A DNA stretch of 38,614 nt from a virus (lineage: Duplodnaviria; Heunggongvirae; Uroviricota; Caudoviricetes), in the IMG/VR virus record IMGVR_UViG_2554235189_000017, positions 1-38,614 of that record; one strand, written 5' to 3'. Below, piece by piece: positions 1 through 8,509 of this stretch. A program made the translations under genes and the position numbers. The number at the start of each line of letters is the position of its first letter. The first letter of the stretch is position 1. The notes under the pieces were generated by a model, which saw nothing but the letters and a program-made list of their open reading frames with translations, was not told the DNA's origin and made no database searches.

Positions 1-207
1 TTTACGCACACCGTATACCTGGTGATTTTCATCGTATACGCGCTGTATCTCTTTCTTCAGCCAGTCATCGTGCTGCGCACGGGCACTGCGTTTATCCGGA
101 TGATGTCGCTGTTGCTGACAATGGTAATACGTTGACGGGGCAATATGCAGTTCGCTGCATACCGGTCCGACCCCGTACTGCTCACGCAGCTTATCCAGCA
201 GTGGCAT
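1..207 (-). CDS. IS3-family transposase OrfB, N-terminal part (partial, continues past window start)
   Basis: ATG at 207-205 overlaps orfA stop; translation [23 protein letters not shown]... resembles IS3-family OrfB N-termini. Confidence 0.7.
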   Translation of the reverse strand, partial: MPLLDKLREQYGVGPVCSELHIAPSTYYHCQQQRHHPDKRSARAQHDDWLKKEIQRVYDENHQVYGVRK

Positions 208-533
208 TATTTTTTCCAGAGGCGGTCGAACTCCGCCTTCGCAAAATAAGCGGAAGCCTGGCGAAGGATATCGTTACTGCGGCGCAGTTCACGATTTTCA
301 CGTTCCAGCTCTTTCAGACGCTGACGTTCAGCGGTGGTGAGTCCACCATCACCACTCCCGGTATCCCGCTCATGCTGGCGAACCCAGACACGCAGAGTCT
401 CCGGCGTACAGCCAATCTTTGGGGCAATGGAACAAATTGCCGCCCACTGTGAGTCATATTCATCCTGACTTTCCAGAACCATACGAATCGCCCGCTGACG
501 GACTTCGGGGGAAAAACGAGTATTTTTAGTCAT
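207..533 (-). CDS. IS3-family transposase OrfA (HTH DNA-binding subunit)
   Basis: 108 aa [22 protein letters not shown]...[30 protein letters not shown], recalled as near-identical to IS629/IS3411 OrfA. Confidence 0.85.
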   Translation of the reverse strand: MTKNTRFSPEVRQRAIRMVLESQDEYDSQWAAICSIAPKIGCTPETLRVWVRQHERDTGSGDGGLTTAERQRLKELERENRELRRSNDILRQASAYFAKAEFDRLWKK

Positions 534-558
534 CCTGTTTACCTCTTTCTCAGGGAGT

Positions 559-2988
559 TTAGTCTCCAGGATTTCCGGGGCGGTTCAGGTAGGTCTTACT
601 GCCGTTTCTCATGTCAGGAGCCTCATCATCTGGATCAGAAAAATTATACCCAAGAGTTAAATCATTAACCGTGGCATTATTCCCTGTTATTCCTTTGACT
701 TGATTAACACTTAACGGTATGTAATTAAACCCTGCAAAAAGCGGTGTTAACTTTTCTCTAAATAAAAGGCCTGGTGGGTATACTAACGAAGGTGTACCAT
801 CATATGTCACTGAGATAATATTAAGTCCCTTTTTAAGGGTTCCAATGCACGTTGTTTGTTTGCCTGTAAATGATGTTAGCCCATTGCTGGCAACTTTACC
901 TGATAGATAAGAAGAGTTCCTGATGTCATTGAGAATGACATTGAACTGGTTAACACGATCTGATGAAGTATAAGTTGGGTTATATGGCTCAAATAATGTT
1001 ACAGAGATATCGCTTGTATCACTCCATACAAAATACCGACAAATAACATTTTCATTTGAAGGCGTAATCCTTCCCCATCCACCAAGTGCATCAAGATAAT
1101 CACCTCCACTTAATATCGAAATTGATGGATAGTATCTGGTATTTGAAGGGTATCCAATACCAATAAATGAAAGTTGAGTAGTAGGGATTAGGTTCTTATT
1201 TTTTACAGCTGTATAAACGCGCTCTTTTAATACCTCTTTTGCAGCATAAGCACCGATGTAAGCATGCCCTATCGTTGATGGATGACTCTGATCAAAGACA
1301 GTTCCTCCATCACGCTTGGAAATATCAGAGATAGAATACGTACCAATGTCAGCATAAGCGTCAGTTGTGGCAACTGACAGATCCAGAAACTCAACTTTTT
1401 GAAAAAGACGCTCGATACGCTTCTTAATAGCTGCCTCCAGAAAAGCCTTTGGTGCATCATTATTGTTTACAGTAACAAAGCATATAGGACAACCATATCC
1501 CCATGATTTTCTAATCAACTTTTCAAATTCATGAAAATACGCTTCAAATCCTATTGTTGGAAGTATTCCATTGTCATTAAAACCAAGGCTTATAAAAAGA
1601 ACATCAGGAGCTTTTTTTCCATACGCAGCATTCTGGAAAAATCCATAGTCGAAGTTTTCATAACCCCAACCTGTGGCTAAAGCCTTTCCTGAAGAGGCAC
1701 AGTTGTATCCTTTAAAAATATTTGTTGTACTGTCAGATAGCATGTTCAGGCAATCAGTGAAGATCCTGAACCAGGAATACTTTCCGCCATTGAGGTTGTG
1801 GTTGTGGTTGGTTGAATTAAGATTACCATCGCTATCAGTTGGGTTCGGGGTCCATCCTGAACTATAGGCTCCATCCGTTATAGAATCACCAATGATACCT
1901 ACATGGCAATCTTCTATAGTTGATTGGTAACTCTGCTTATTTGCAAATTTAGCAATTGTTCCAAGAGCAGTAAAATCAGGGCCATTGTTAGATAGCCCAA
2001 CATCAAAAACATGCTCATTACCCCATTTGTCTCTTGTGAGAATTTTACCTTCTCCAAGAAATTTAGTCACATCATCTGACGGTAAAAAATTACACCTGAT
2101 GGTTACATCTTTTGGGATGTAAATCTGACCGGGGAAAGCATAAATTGCACTTCTGTTGTCAGTTGTCGTGTTAATAACGACATTTGGAACATAAAATATT
2201 GACGTTGCGTCAGTTCTATATTGTCCGTTAACAAGCTCAGATCTGAGAACCGCATCCCCAACACCTCTCCAAGCGCCAGGGCCGACACCACCAGCAGTGG
2301 TAGGAGTTGATCCAGGCGGAACTACTTTGGGCAGTGGCCCGTCCCATCTGTAGTATTCGCCGTTGCTTTCCCAGAGAAGAACATCGTTAAGATAGATGAG
2401 GGTATTACCCAACTCAAAAGATTTCTTCGTGTTATATCCATACAATCCATTTCCTAAGGTTTCAATAATGGTGCTAAGTAAGGAACTAAATTTTGCATAA
2501 AGATCATCAGTATATTTTTTTGTAGCAGCATCTTGAGGAAGAGATGGATCACGAAGGTTTCTAATGTAATTTGAAAGCGCGTCATAAAAAATTGCTACGT
2601 CAGTTGGCTTTCTTAAAGCCAACTTATCATTTCTTAATGATTGTTGAATGAGCATTGTAAGTTTATCAAACGCATCCTCATGCACCTCAGCGAAGAACTT
2701 ACCCTGGTTGCGCAGATCGGTATCCTGCGTAACCGGTAGCTCTCTTGATATAGAAATCTGATAACCGTTAGCCAACGCCTTCGACAGAATTACATTGCCG
2801 CCGTTATACCCTCCAGCACCAGTGACTATGTAATCAGTATCAAGAATCAGCTCTGTGATGTTCTCGTTCAGGTCAACAACCTGCACTACTAAATCAGATT
2901 TCTGGAAAATCCTGAAGGTATAAGGGAATGCCGTTGTAACACCGTTACCGGTGTATTCGTTGTGGTCAACTTCGGTTGATACCGTCAT
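559..2988 (-). CDS. Tailspike/tail fiber with conserved N-terminal virion-attachment domain and central SGNH/GDSL hydrolase domain (putative O-antigen deacetylase); 3' end replaced by IS sequence
   Basis: 809 aa; N-terminus [17 protein letters not shown] resembles a conserved tail-fibre N-domain; GDSITDG esterase motif mid-protein; the last ~8 codons and the stop lie inside the IS inverted repeat. Confidence 0.75.
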   Translation of the reverse strand: MTVSTEVDHNEYTGNGVTTAFPYTFRIFQKSDLVVQVVDLNENITELILDTDYIVTGAGGYNGGNVILSKALANGYQISISRELPVTQDTDLRNQGKFFAEVHEDAFDKLTMLIQQSLRNDKLALRKPTDVAIFYDALSNYIRNLRDPSLPQDAATKKYTDDLYAKFSSLLSTIIETLGNGLYGYNTKKSFELGNTLIYLNDVLLWESNGEYYRWDGPLPKVVPPGSTPTTAGGVGPGAWRGVGDAVLRSELVNGQYRTDATSIFYVPNVVINTTTDNRSAIYAFPGQIYIPKDVTIRCNFLPSDDVTKFLGEGKILTRDKWGNEHVFDVGLSNNGPDFTALGTIAKFANKQSYQSTIEDCHVGIIGDSITDGAYSSGWTPNPTDSDGNLNSTNHNHNLNGGKYSWFRIFTDCLNMLSDSTTNIFKGYNCASSGKALATGWGYENFDYGFFQNAAYGKKAPDVLFISLGFNDNGILPTIGFEAYFHEFEKLIRKSWGYGCPICFVTVNNNDAPKAFLEAAIKKRIERLFQKVEFLDLSVATTDAYADIGTYSISDISKRDGGTVFDQSHPSTIGHAYIGAYAAKEVLKERVYTAVKNKNLIPTTQLSFIGIGYPSNTRYYPSISILSGGDYLDALGGWGRITPSNENVICRYFVWSDTSDISVTLFEPYNPTYTSSDRVNQFNVILNDIRNSSYLSGKVASNGLTSFTGKQTTCIGTLKKGLNIISVTYDGTPSLVYPPGLLFREKLTPLFAGFNYIPLSVNQVKGITGNNATVNDLTLGYNFSDPDDEAPDMRNGSKTYLNRPGNPGD

Positions 2989-3091
2989 GTTAAATCTCCA
3001 GATAGTCGCAGCACCCGTTGCGCCGCATATCCGGTTATTTTATTACCTAAAAACCATATATGGATAAGCAACCCATAAATACGAACAGATA

Positions 3092-3106
3092 TTACCTTTC
3101 AGGTAA
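3092..3106. promoter_or_regulatory. Operator-like palindrome TTACCtttcaGGTAA in the divergent tailspike / tum-like promoter region
   Basis: Perfect TTACC-N5-GGTAA, one of about 12 copies of this motif in the window. Confidence 0.5.
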
Positions 3107-3143
3107 TTTGCAAAACGTGCTGGATAGCAAACAAATTATTTGA

Positions 3144-3163
3144 TACTGTATATTTATACAGTT
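3144..3163 (+). promoter_or_regulatory. LexA (SOS) box TACTGTATATTTATACAGTT upstream of the Tum-like gene
   Basis: Perfect CTGT-N8-ACAG with AT-rich spacer, about 20 nt upstream of the ATG at 3183. Confidence 0.75.
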
Positions 3164-3182
3164 ATTGCATGGAGAAGATAAG

Positions 3183-3440
3183 ATGCAGCGGTATCACTAT
3201 CCACTGGAAGACGGATTTACCGAAAGGATTCACACGCCGGGAGGCGTCAGGTCACTGGTGGAGGGATCGCACTTGATGAAATTACTCCGGGATCTCGATA
3301 AGGATGGATTTAATGTCGATGGCCCACTTGCCGAACTGACTGCACTGATTAACTACGTCACCAGCTCACAGATGACTATGCAGGATCTGCAAACACATCT
3401 CGACTATTGTGCCGAACAATTACGAAAACAAACCAGATAA
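3183..3440 (+). CDS. Small SOS-regulated antirepressor-like protein (Tum-like), 85 aa
   Basis: GGAG RBS 8 nt upstream; LexA box immediately upstream; sequence LMKLLRDLDKDGFNVDGPLAELT...DLQTH aligns with the C-terminus of the downstream Bro-N antirepressor (LMNLLNQLQEDGHDVSGAAAELT...DIQTH). Confidence 0.6.
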   Translation: MQRYHYPLEDGFTERIHTPGGVRSLVEGSHLMKLLRDLDKDGFNVDGPLAELTALINYVTSSQMTMQDLQTHLDYCAEQLRKQTR

Positions 3441-3454
3441 GATTTGAAATCACC

Positions 3455-3508
3455 AAGAGGAGTGCTTATATTTACCTTTGCGGTAAATTTACATCGCACT
3501 CCTCTTGT
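3455..3508. repeat. 12-bp inverted repeat (CAAGAGGAGTGC / GCACTCCTCTTG) enclosing an operator-like TTACCtttgcGGTAA (3472-3486)
   Basis: Read directly; a second hairpin CGGGCACTGG/CCAGTGCCGG follows at about 3520-3544. Confidence 0.6.
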
Positions 3509-3577
3509 GCCATAGTAATCGGGCACTGGCAAAATCCAGTGCCGGGATTGGCGTCCCGAGTTACTAAGTGGCGCATA

Positions 3578-3600
3578 CCACGCCAGACGTGGTTTTTTTA
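3578..3600 (+). terminator. Putative rho-independent terminator (CCACG-loop-CGTGG + T7)
   Basis: Short GC stem followed by TTTTTTT. Confidence 0.45.
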
Positions 3601-3755
3601 TGCGTTAAGCACAGCCATATCCGAATTATGGTGGGCTGGGCAGGGGTCCGAAAGGACGCCGGTACCACTTAGGCCGGTACGCCAACCTTGTCCAGTTCAC
3701 CACCAGTAATTGGCGTTGCGGTGGTGATTAAAATCACTAAGTGGAGATAACCACC

Positions 3756-4466
3756 ATGGCTAATGCTCAAACTGCCATCTTCAAATTTGAATCTGTTAAC
3801 CCTATCCGTTCCATCATTATCGATGGCCAACCATGGTTTGTAGCCCAAGACGTTTGTAGTGCGCTGCGTATCCAAAACGTCACCCAATCACTTGAAAAAC
3901 TGGATGATGATGAAAGGTCTATGTTCAACATAGGGCATGAACATCGTGCAATTTTTGATAGCCGAGTAAAAGAGATCAACATCATCTCCGAGTCAGGCCT
4001 CTACACACTGATCCTCCGCTGCCGCGATGCGGTGACACCAGGCACTATCCCCTACCGCTTTCGTAAATGGGTTACAGGTGAGGTTCTTCCTCAGATCCGC
4101 CGCACCGGAAGTTACATTAAAAACTCGCTCCCGCAGGAAGAACGCATAAAGATGGTTGCCGACCAGGTAGCCAACGCCACAGCATCAGCAGTGATGCAGG
4201 CAATGAAGATAGAGAACAAAACCTACAGTGCCCCACTGAAGCCCGGCTACCGTAGCCTGATTCATTCGCCGTCTGGTGTTCTCGGCCTGACTGAGAACTC
4301 ACTGCTGATGAATCTGCTGAACCAGTTACAGGAAGACGGGCATGATGTATCGGGCGCAGCGGCGGAGCTGACCACCATGTTCTGCTACATCGTCGGTGTG
4401 AGCAAATGCCTGCGTGATATCCAGACGCACGCGGAGTACATCAACGACAAGGCAGGGTTCTTCTGA
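3756..4466 (+). CDS. Phage antirepressor, Bro-N/AntA-like N-terminal domain with antirepressor C-terminal domain
   Basis: GGAGA RBS then ATG 3756; N-terminus AIFKFESVNPIRSIIIDGQPWFVAQDVCSAL is Bro-N-like. Confidence 0.75.
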   Translation: MANAQTAIFKFESVNPIRSIIIDGQPWFVAQDVCSALRIQNVTQSLEKLDDDERSMFNIGHEHRAIFDSRVKEINIISESGLYTLILRCRDAVTPGTIPYRFRKWVTGEVLPQIRRTGSYIKNSLPQEERIKMVADQVANATASAVMQAMKIENKTYSAPLKPGYRSLIHSPSGVLGLTENSLLMNLLNQLQEDGHDVSGAAAELTTMFCYIVGVSKCLRDIQTHAEYINDKAGFF

Positions 4467-4532
4467 CATGACGGCGGCACAGGGATGTGCCTTTAAATAA
4501 TTCTGTACAGATTGCAGGTGAATAGCGTACTA

Positions 4533-4547
4533 TTACCCCAAAGGTAA
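4533..4547. promoter_or_regulatory. Operator-like palindrome TTACCccaaaGGTAA upstream of the AT-rich two-gene operon
   Basis: Perfect TTACC-N5-GGTAA. Confidence 0.45.
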
Positions 4548-4664
4548 GAAAGTTGATTTGTAACATTTTAGTTTGTAGTTACCGTGATGGTTTTGCTGCA
4601 GAAAGTTAACTAGTCAAAATCACACCGTATGTAAGTCACGTCTGTTCCCGTATGGGAGGATGAT

Positions 4665-4883
4665 ATGTTTAAATTTGATATGCAACTCAACCAAAACTAT
4701 GCCTCTTTTTACCATCCAGAAACTGGTAAAGCTGTTTTCGTTGACTCTTTCGATAATGAAGAATTTGATATCAGAATTGGGACCCTACGCCAAAGTAAGC
4801 ATGTTGCTACTGTACGTGCATCCAATGATGATGAATTAAATCAAAAAATAAGTGAGGCGACCTCCCGTTATCTATGTCTATAA
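4665..4883 (+). CDS. Hypothetical protein (72 aa), first gene of an AT-rich two-gene operon
   Basis: GGGAGG RBS then ATG; ends 10 nt inside the next ORF (translational coupling); AT-rich versus flanks. Confidence 0.55.
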   Translation: MFKFDMQLNQNYASFYHPETGKAVFVDSFDNEEFDIRIGTLRQSKHVATVRASNDDELNQKISEATSRYLCL

Positions 4884-5251
4884 CAGAACAACAACTCATT
4901 GATCTTGAGGATGAGATTAACGAGATCTTGCAAGAAGATGCGGCAAGAATTCACTTTTCATTTCATGCAGCATATGAACGCCTGAACGACGAGAGGAACA
5001 AACCGCCAATTACTCTTGCTGAGCTTGAAGATGTGTTTAAATCGTTTATATCTGCACATCTGCAGACTGTTTTGGATTTTGCCGAAGGTACAACTTTCAC
5101 CATAAAGTGCAACAAAAGCGCCCTTCATTTTCCTTGCGCCATTGTACACGAAAGAGAGTTTGGGAAAACGTGGATTATCCAAAACGTCATTACAGCCATG
5201 AGGAAAGTGGGATTCAAGTCTAAAGATTCTATTATCCTCGAAGTTAATTAA
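4874..5251 (+). CDS. Hypothetical protein (125 aa), second gene of the AT-rich two-gene operon
   Basis: Overlaps upstream ORF; acidic helical N-terminus; followed directly by a terminator. Confidence 0.55.
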   Translation: MSITEQQLIDLEDEINEILQEDAARIHFSFHAAYERLNDERNKPPITLAELEDVFKSFISAHLQTVLDFAEGTTFTIKCNKSALHFPCAIVHEREFGKTWIIQNVITAMRKVGFKSKDSIILEVN

Positions 5252-5273
5252 GCCCGCGCCGCGGGCTTTTTTG
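5251..5273 (+). terminator. Rho-independent terminator (AGCCCGCGCCGCGGGCT + T6)
   Basis: GC-rich hairpin plus TTTTTT immediately after the stop codon. Confidence 0.7.
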
Positions 5274-5344
5274 TGGACGAAACAAAAGTCAGTGCTACAC
5301 TCATTGACGCCACATTGAGGTGGCTTATAGATGGAAATTTCACA

Positions 5345-5506
5345 ATGAAAAAAGCATTTGCTGCACTGTTCGTTTTGTTGTCTCTGGTAGCTTCAACTCA
5401 GGCCTTTGCTGGTCGTTGTCAGCACGACAGCGATACTGCCGCTGACGGATCCCGCTGCGGTGGGCGTTCTGCGGATTCCCGCCCGGGCGGCGGTGGCATT
5501 CGTTAA
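5345..5506 (+). CDS. Small secreted peptide: Sec signal peptide plus ~31-aa Gly/Arg-rich two-Cys mature peptide
   Basis: MKKAFAALFVLLSLVASTQAFA has classic n/h/c regions with an AxA cleavage site; no lipobox. Confidence 0.45.
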   Translation: MKKAFAALFVLLSLVASTQAFAGRCQHDSDTAADGSRCGGRSADSRPGGGGIR

Positions 5507-5512
5507 AAACAA

Positions 5513-5528
5513 GGCCGCGAAAGCGGCC
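5513..5528. terminator. Hairpin GGCCGC-GAAA-GCGGCC between convergent genes (possible bidirectional terminator)
   Basis: Perfect 6-bp stem with GAAA loop; T-rich run on the minus-strand side. Confidence 0.4.
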
Positions 5529-5529
5529 T

Positions 5530-5541
5530 GTGACATGTCAC
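5530..5541. repeat. 12-bp perfect palindrome GTGACATGTCAC (copy 1 of 3)
   Basis: Exact 12-mer also at 23012-23023 and 25277-25288, each within 0-5 nt of a stop codon. Confidence 0.8.
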
Positions 5542-5543
5542 GT

Positions 5544-5834
5544 TCATTTTCTGAATGATAGCCGTTCGAAAAATGATGACATTCCACCGCAGACAATAGC
5601 AAAGATGATCCCACCAAAGAAGAGAAGGCCAGCCTGCCACCACTCCCACCGCCATACATCCACAGCACCAACCATACCAACAATCGCTCCAACAAATGGA
5701 ATATAGCTCACGATGAAAGCAATGGGGGCTGCAATTATCCAGTGCAATCCCCACCATGATTCAAGCCCAGCCATAATTGCTGCCAACTGAAAAAGACCAA
5801 CGACGATATAAACAATGAATCCTATAGCTTGCAT
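5544..5834 (-). CDS. Small multi-pass membrane protein (96 aa); holin-like or lysogenic-conversion candidate
   Basis: AGGTGA RBS; about three hydrophobic segments; last gene of the minus-strand virion operon. Confidence 0.6.
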   Translation of the reverse strand: MQAIGFIVYIVVGLFQLAAIMAGLESWWGLHWIIAAPIAFIVSYIPFVGAIVGMVGAVDVWRWEWWQAGLLFFGGIIFAIVCGGMSSFFERLSFRK

Positions 5835-5846
5835 GTAGTCACCTAT

Positions 5847-6020
5847 TTACCCAGTAAAAATCAGAGGCCTCCCCTCAATAAGGCTTGCAACAAGAACTAT
5901 TCCCTGCACAACAAAGATGAACCAGCAAATAGCTTGAGTCTGAGGGTTAAGAAAATATTTGTAGCGGTCAATAAATAACAACCCACCAGAAATTATCACA
6001 CTCAAAATAATTAAAAACAC
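5847..6020 (-). CDS. Possible small membrane protein (~57 aa) with non-ATG start
   Basis: Open frame between the stop of the 824-aa gene and the 96-aa gene; hydrophobic; start codon (GTG/TTG) uncertain. Confidence 0.25.
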   Translation of the reverse strand: MFLIILSVIISGGLLFIDRYKYFLNPQTQAICWFIFVVQGIVLVASLIEGRPLIFTG

Positions 6021-6029
6021 AACACTTCC

Positions 6030-8504
6030 TTATTGCGGAGTGACATCCTGAGGTCGCCACCAGTATGTCTGATTAAACTCTTTCTTCGAACGTTGCTCCA
6101 TTTTACGCAAATAGCCTGGTGAAAAATACTCCTGCATCTGGTTAAAGATCATGTGATCGAGAGCCGCCTTCAAGTACCAGAGATTCGCACCTGGCATCAA
6201 ACCTTTCCCCAGCTTCACCAGATCACCACCAGTCTGCTCACTCTTCCCTTCCACAGCATTTAACGGTATGCCCTGAGCAATCTTCACTACGTCATCAACC
6301 AGACCAGCTACCGGGCCAAGCATCGACGCCAGCGCGCCGCTTCCGTACCTAGTGTGATCTGACAATAAAAAGTCACCGTAAAGGCCAAGACCACCACCTT
6401 TCAGTAGAGCACCAAGCCAGAATTTTGCGGCATCTTCTCCTGTCATCTCTCGAGGATTACGACCAGACGCAAGGTCGTTAAGTTGCTGCGACAAAGCGCC
6501 AAGAATGGTCGTACTGGCAATAAACGTCGCAATATATGCCGCACGCCCACCAGCAGACGGCATACCCATAGCGCGTGACCAGTGACGCATAACAACCGAG
6601 ATAGGGAACGATTTAAACAGGAAAACACTTCTCGTTAATTCACCTTTCCATGTTCCACGCTGAATACCAGAACCGGTTATCAGTTGCTCACGAGCTCCCG
6701 GTGTAATAACAGCCATATCAACTTCTTCAGTTACGGCACCGAGCAATTTACGCATTGCCTCAAATTTCACGCGCTCAGGCTCACCAAGATGTTTAACTGC
6801 TGAATCAGGGATACGCATAATGCTTTCCGGTGTCAGCATCGTATTATTACCGTTCCCCCAGTCCTCCTGTTGCGCCAGCTTCCATACGCTCCAGTCTGTG
6901 TCAGTAATCCCTTTGCTTTTCAGGATACGAAAATCAGAGTCATCGAGGCTACGAAGGTCTGGTGTCAGTGACACTACTTCTCCCAGGCTTCCCATCATGG
7001 TTACGCCATAGGCGCGCTTGTGCGCATCTGACCATGCTGTAAGCCCACTGGCACGCATTACCGCCGTTGCCGCCCAACGAGACACTGACGGCCCCATATT
7101 ATCCATCGCCCAGCGGTTAACGCTGCCAAGTAGAGATTCCATCGCCAGACCAGCGCGGCGCGCCCGCGCAAGTTCTGTACGGTTCGTTGGGTCCATAGCT
7201 TCAAGCTGGTTGCGGAATAACTGGTTCATTGGAAGGTTGGTAACCTTCGCAGACAGATACATGGTTCCAAGATCAGAGAACGATGACAGCAACGCGGATC
7301 CGAGTCTGCTGGCAACCAGCCAGTTGCGGATATTGTCAGACCATCGCGCGATGTGCGGATTCGCTACAGGCTGTGTCTTTCCGGAAATAAAGTTGTACAG
7401 ATTCTCTGTGTTGTTCGCCAGCCGCTCGACTTTACCGGTTTTACTCGGGTTAGCTGTTGCCGTTTCTGCCTTCACCTGATCAAGAAGAGAGCGGAAAACA
7501 TGATCGGGGTTTGGGCCATATGTTTCCACCAGTGCAATATCTTTACTGATACCTTCCAGGTGACCGACCATGATTTCCCATAGAGAGCGATCGCCATAAA
7601 GTTGCTGATATTGCAGATAGGAATCTGCATCTTTGAAATGTATCTGTCGTGATGCATTACCACGGTTAGCACGTGCGCCGGAAATTCGCATTCCGGTATC
7701 AGTAAGCTTATTCAGCCCACCAGTAGCGATCGTGTTATAAGCCTCTCCAAGAAATGCAGACAACTCGGCATCGTTCATCAGTTGTCCATCGGCTCGGGTA
7801 TAATATTTGCGATCCAGCTTACCTATAACATCGCTAACCCATTTATCTTTTGATACCGCCCCAACCTTTTCCATAGAATGATGTTGAGGGATCCCCCAGT
7901 TTTCGAGATAGCCAATGTCCCCACCAGCATCATTAAACCGGCGGCGCAGCAGCTCTGTAACTTCTCTCCACGCCTTAGCACCTTTTCTTGCTTTAGCATT
8001 GCCAGTATTTTGCCCCCGCATTTCATATACCAGGTCACGTACGCCCGCTTCATCTTCAAACAGACCAAAAAAGCGGGGATCAACTGCTTCGAATGCCTCC
8101 TGCAATTGACTCAATGCATAATCACGAGTGGCTTTTGTTCTGGATTCAACAGAGAGGAAATTCGATTTACCGTCTGCATTAAAAGCAATAGTACGGTTAA
8201 GAGCGCCAAGTTTCCCATCAGCCCCTTGATAGTTATTGATAAATTTATCCAATCTCTGACGTGCGGCTATAGTGAGGGCCACACGACGTTTCTTTAATGC
8301 CGCTTCTCGCTGTAATTCTTCAGATGCCAATTGTGCTGCACGATACAACCGTTCTGATTCGGAAAGTTGTCGCCACGACATCGGGTCATCACGAGCAATG
8401 GAGCGCATATTTCGATAAATGCGGTCTTCAATGTTCTGTATTTCTCGCGCCGTTAACGTGCGCTGCGCCGCCTGCTGGACCGCTTGTATACATTCCTGTC
8501 TCAT
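6030..8504 (-). CDS. Internal virion / ejection protein (824 aa)
   Basis: Large ORF in a tandem run of large virion genes after the tubular proteins, as in T7/epsilon15-like core gene sets. Confidence 0.55.
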   Translation of the reverse strand: MRQECIQAVQQAAQRTLTAREIQNIEDRIYRNMRSIARDDPMSWRQLSESERLYRAAQLASEELQREAALKKRRVALTIAARQRLDKFINNYQGADGKLGALNRTIAFNADGKSNFLSVESRTKATRDYALSQLQEAFEAVDPRFFGLFEDEAGVRDLVYEMRGQNTGNAKARKGAKAWREVTELLRRRFNDAGGDIGYLENWGIPQHHSMEKVGAVSKDKWVSDVIGKLDRKYYTRADGQLMNDAELSAFLGEAYNTIATGGLNKLTDTGMRISGARANRGNASRQIHFKDADSYLQYQQLYGDRSLWEIMVGHLEGISKDIALVETYGPNPDHVFRSLLDQVKAETATANPSKTGKVERLANNTENLYNFISGKTQPVANPHIARWSDNIRNWLVASRLGSALLSSFSDLGTMYLSAKVTNLPMNQLFRNQLEAMDPTNRTELARARRAGLAMESLLGSVNRWAMDNMGPSVSRWAATAVMRASGLTAWSDAHKRAYGVTMMGSLGEVVSLTPDLRSLDDSDFRILKSKGITDTDWSVWKLAQQEDWGNGNNTMLTPESIMRIPDSAVKHLGEPERVKFEAMRKLLGAVTEEVDMAVITPGAREQLITGSGIQRGTWKGELTRSVFLFKSFPISVVMRHWSRAMGMPSAGGRAAYIATFIASTTILGALSQQLNDLASGRNPREMTGEDAAKFWLGALLKGGGLGLYGDFLLSDHTRYGSGALASMLGPVAGLVDDVVKIAQGIPLNAVEGKSEQTGGDLVKLGKGLMPGANLWYLKAALDHMIFNQMQEYFSPGYLRKMEQRSKKEFNQTYWWRPQDVTPQ

Positions 8505-8509
8505 TTAAT

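Larger units (their letters stand above)
1..587 (-). mobile_element. IS3-family insertion sequence (IS629/IS3411-like), truncated by window start; terminal inverted repeat ends near 587
   Basis: Minus-strand terminus reads TGAACCGCCCCGGAAATCCTGGAGACT (rc of 561-587), a typical IS3-family IR, followed by orfA and overlapping orfB (TAATG overlap at 205-209). Confidence 0.8.

Noticed and set aside
132-452. 106-aa plus-strand ORF
   Set aside because: Lies antisense to the well-supported IS3-family orfA; no RBS and composition typical of an antisense frame.
3407-3709. 100-aa plus-strand ORF spanning the hairpin-rich region
   Set aside because: Runs through inverted repeats, an operator-like palindrome and a terminator-like hairpin; Trp/Cys/Arg-rich translation looks non-coding.
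5393-5757. Minus-strand ORFs 5393..5695 and 5503..5757
   Set aside because: Alternative frames overlapping the signal-peptide gene and the 96-aa membrane protein; the chosen frames have RBSs and coherent hydrophobicity.
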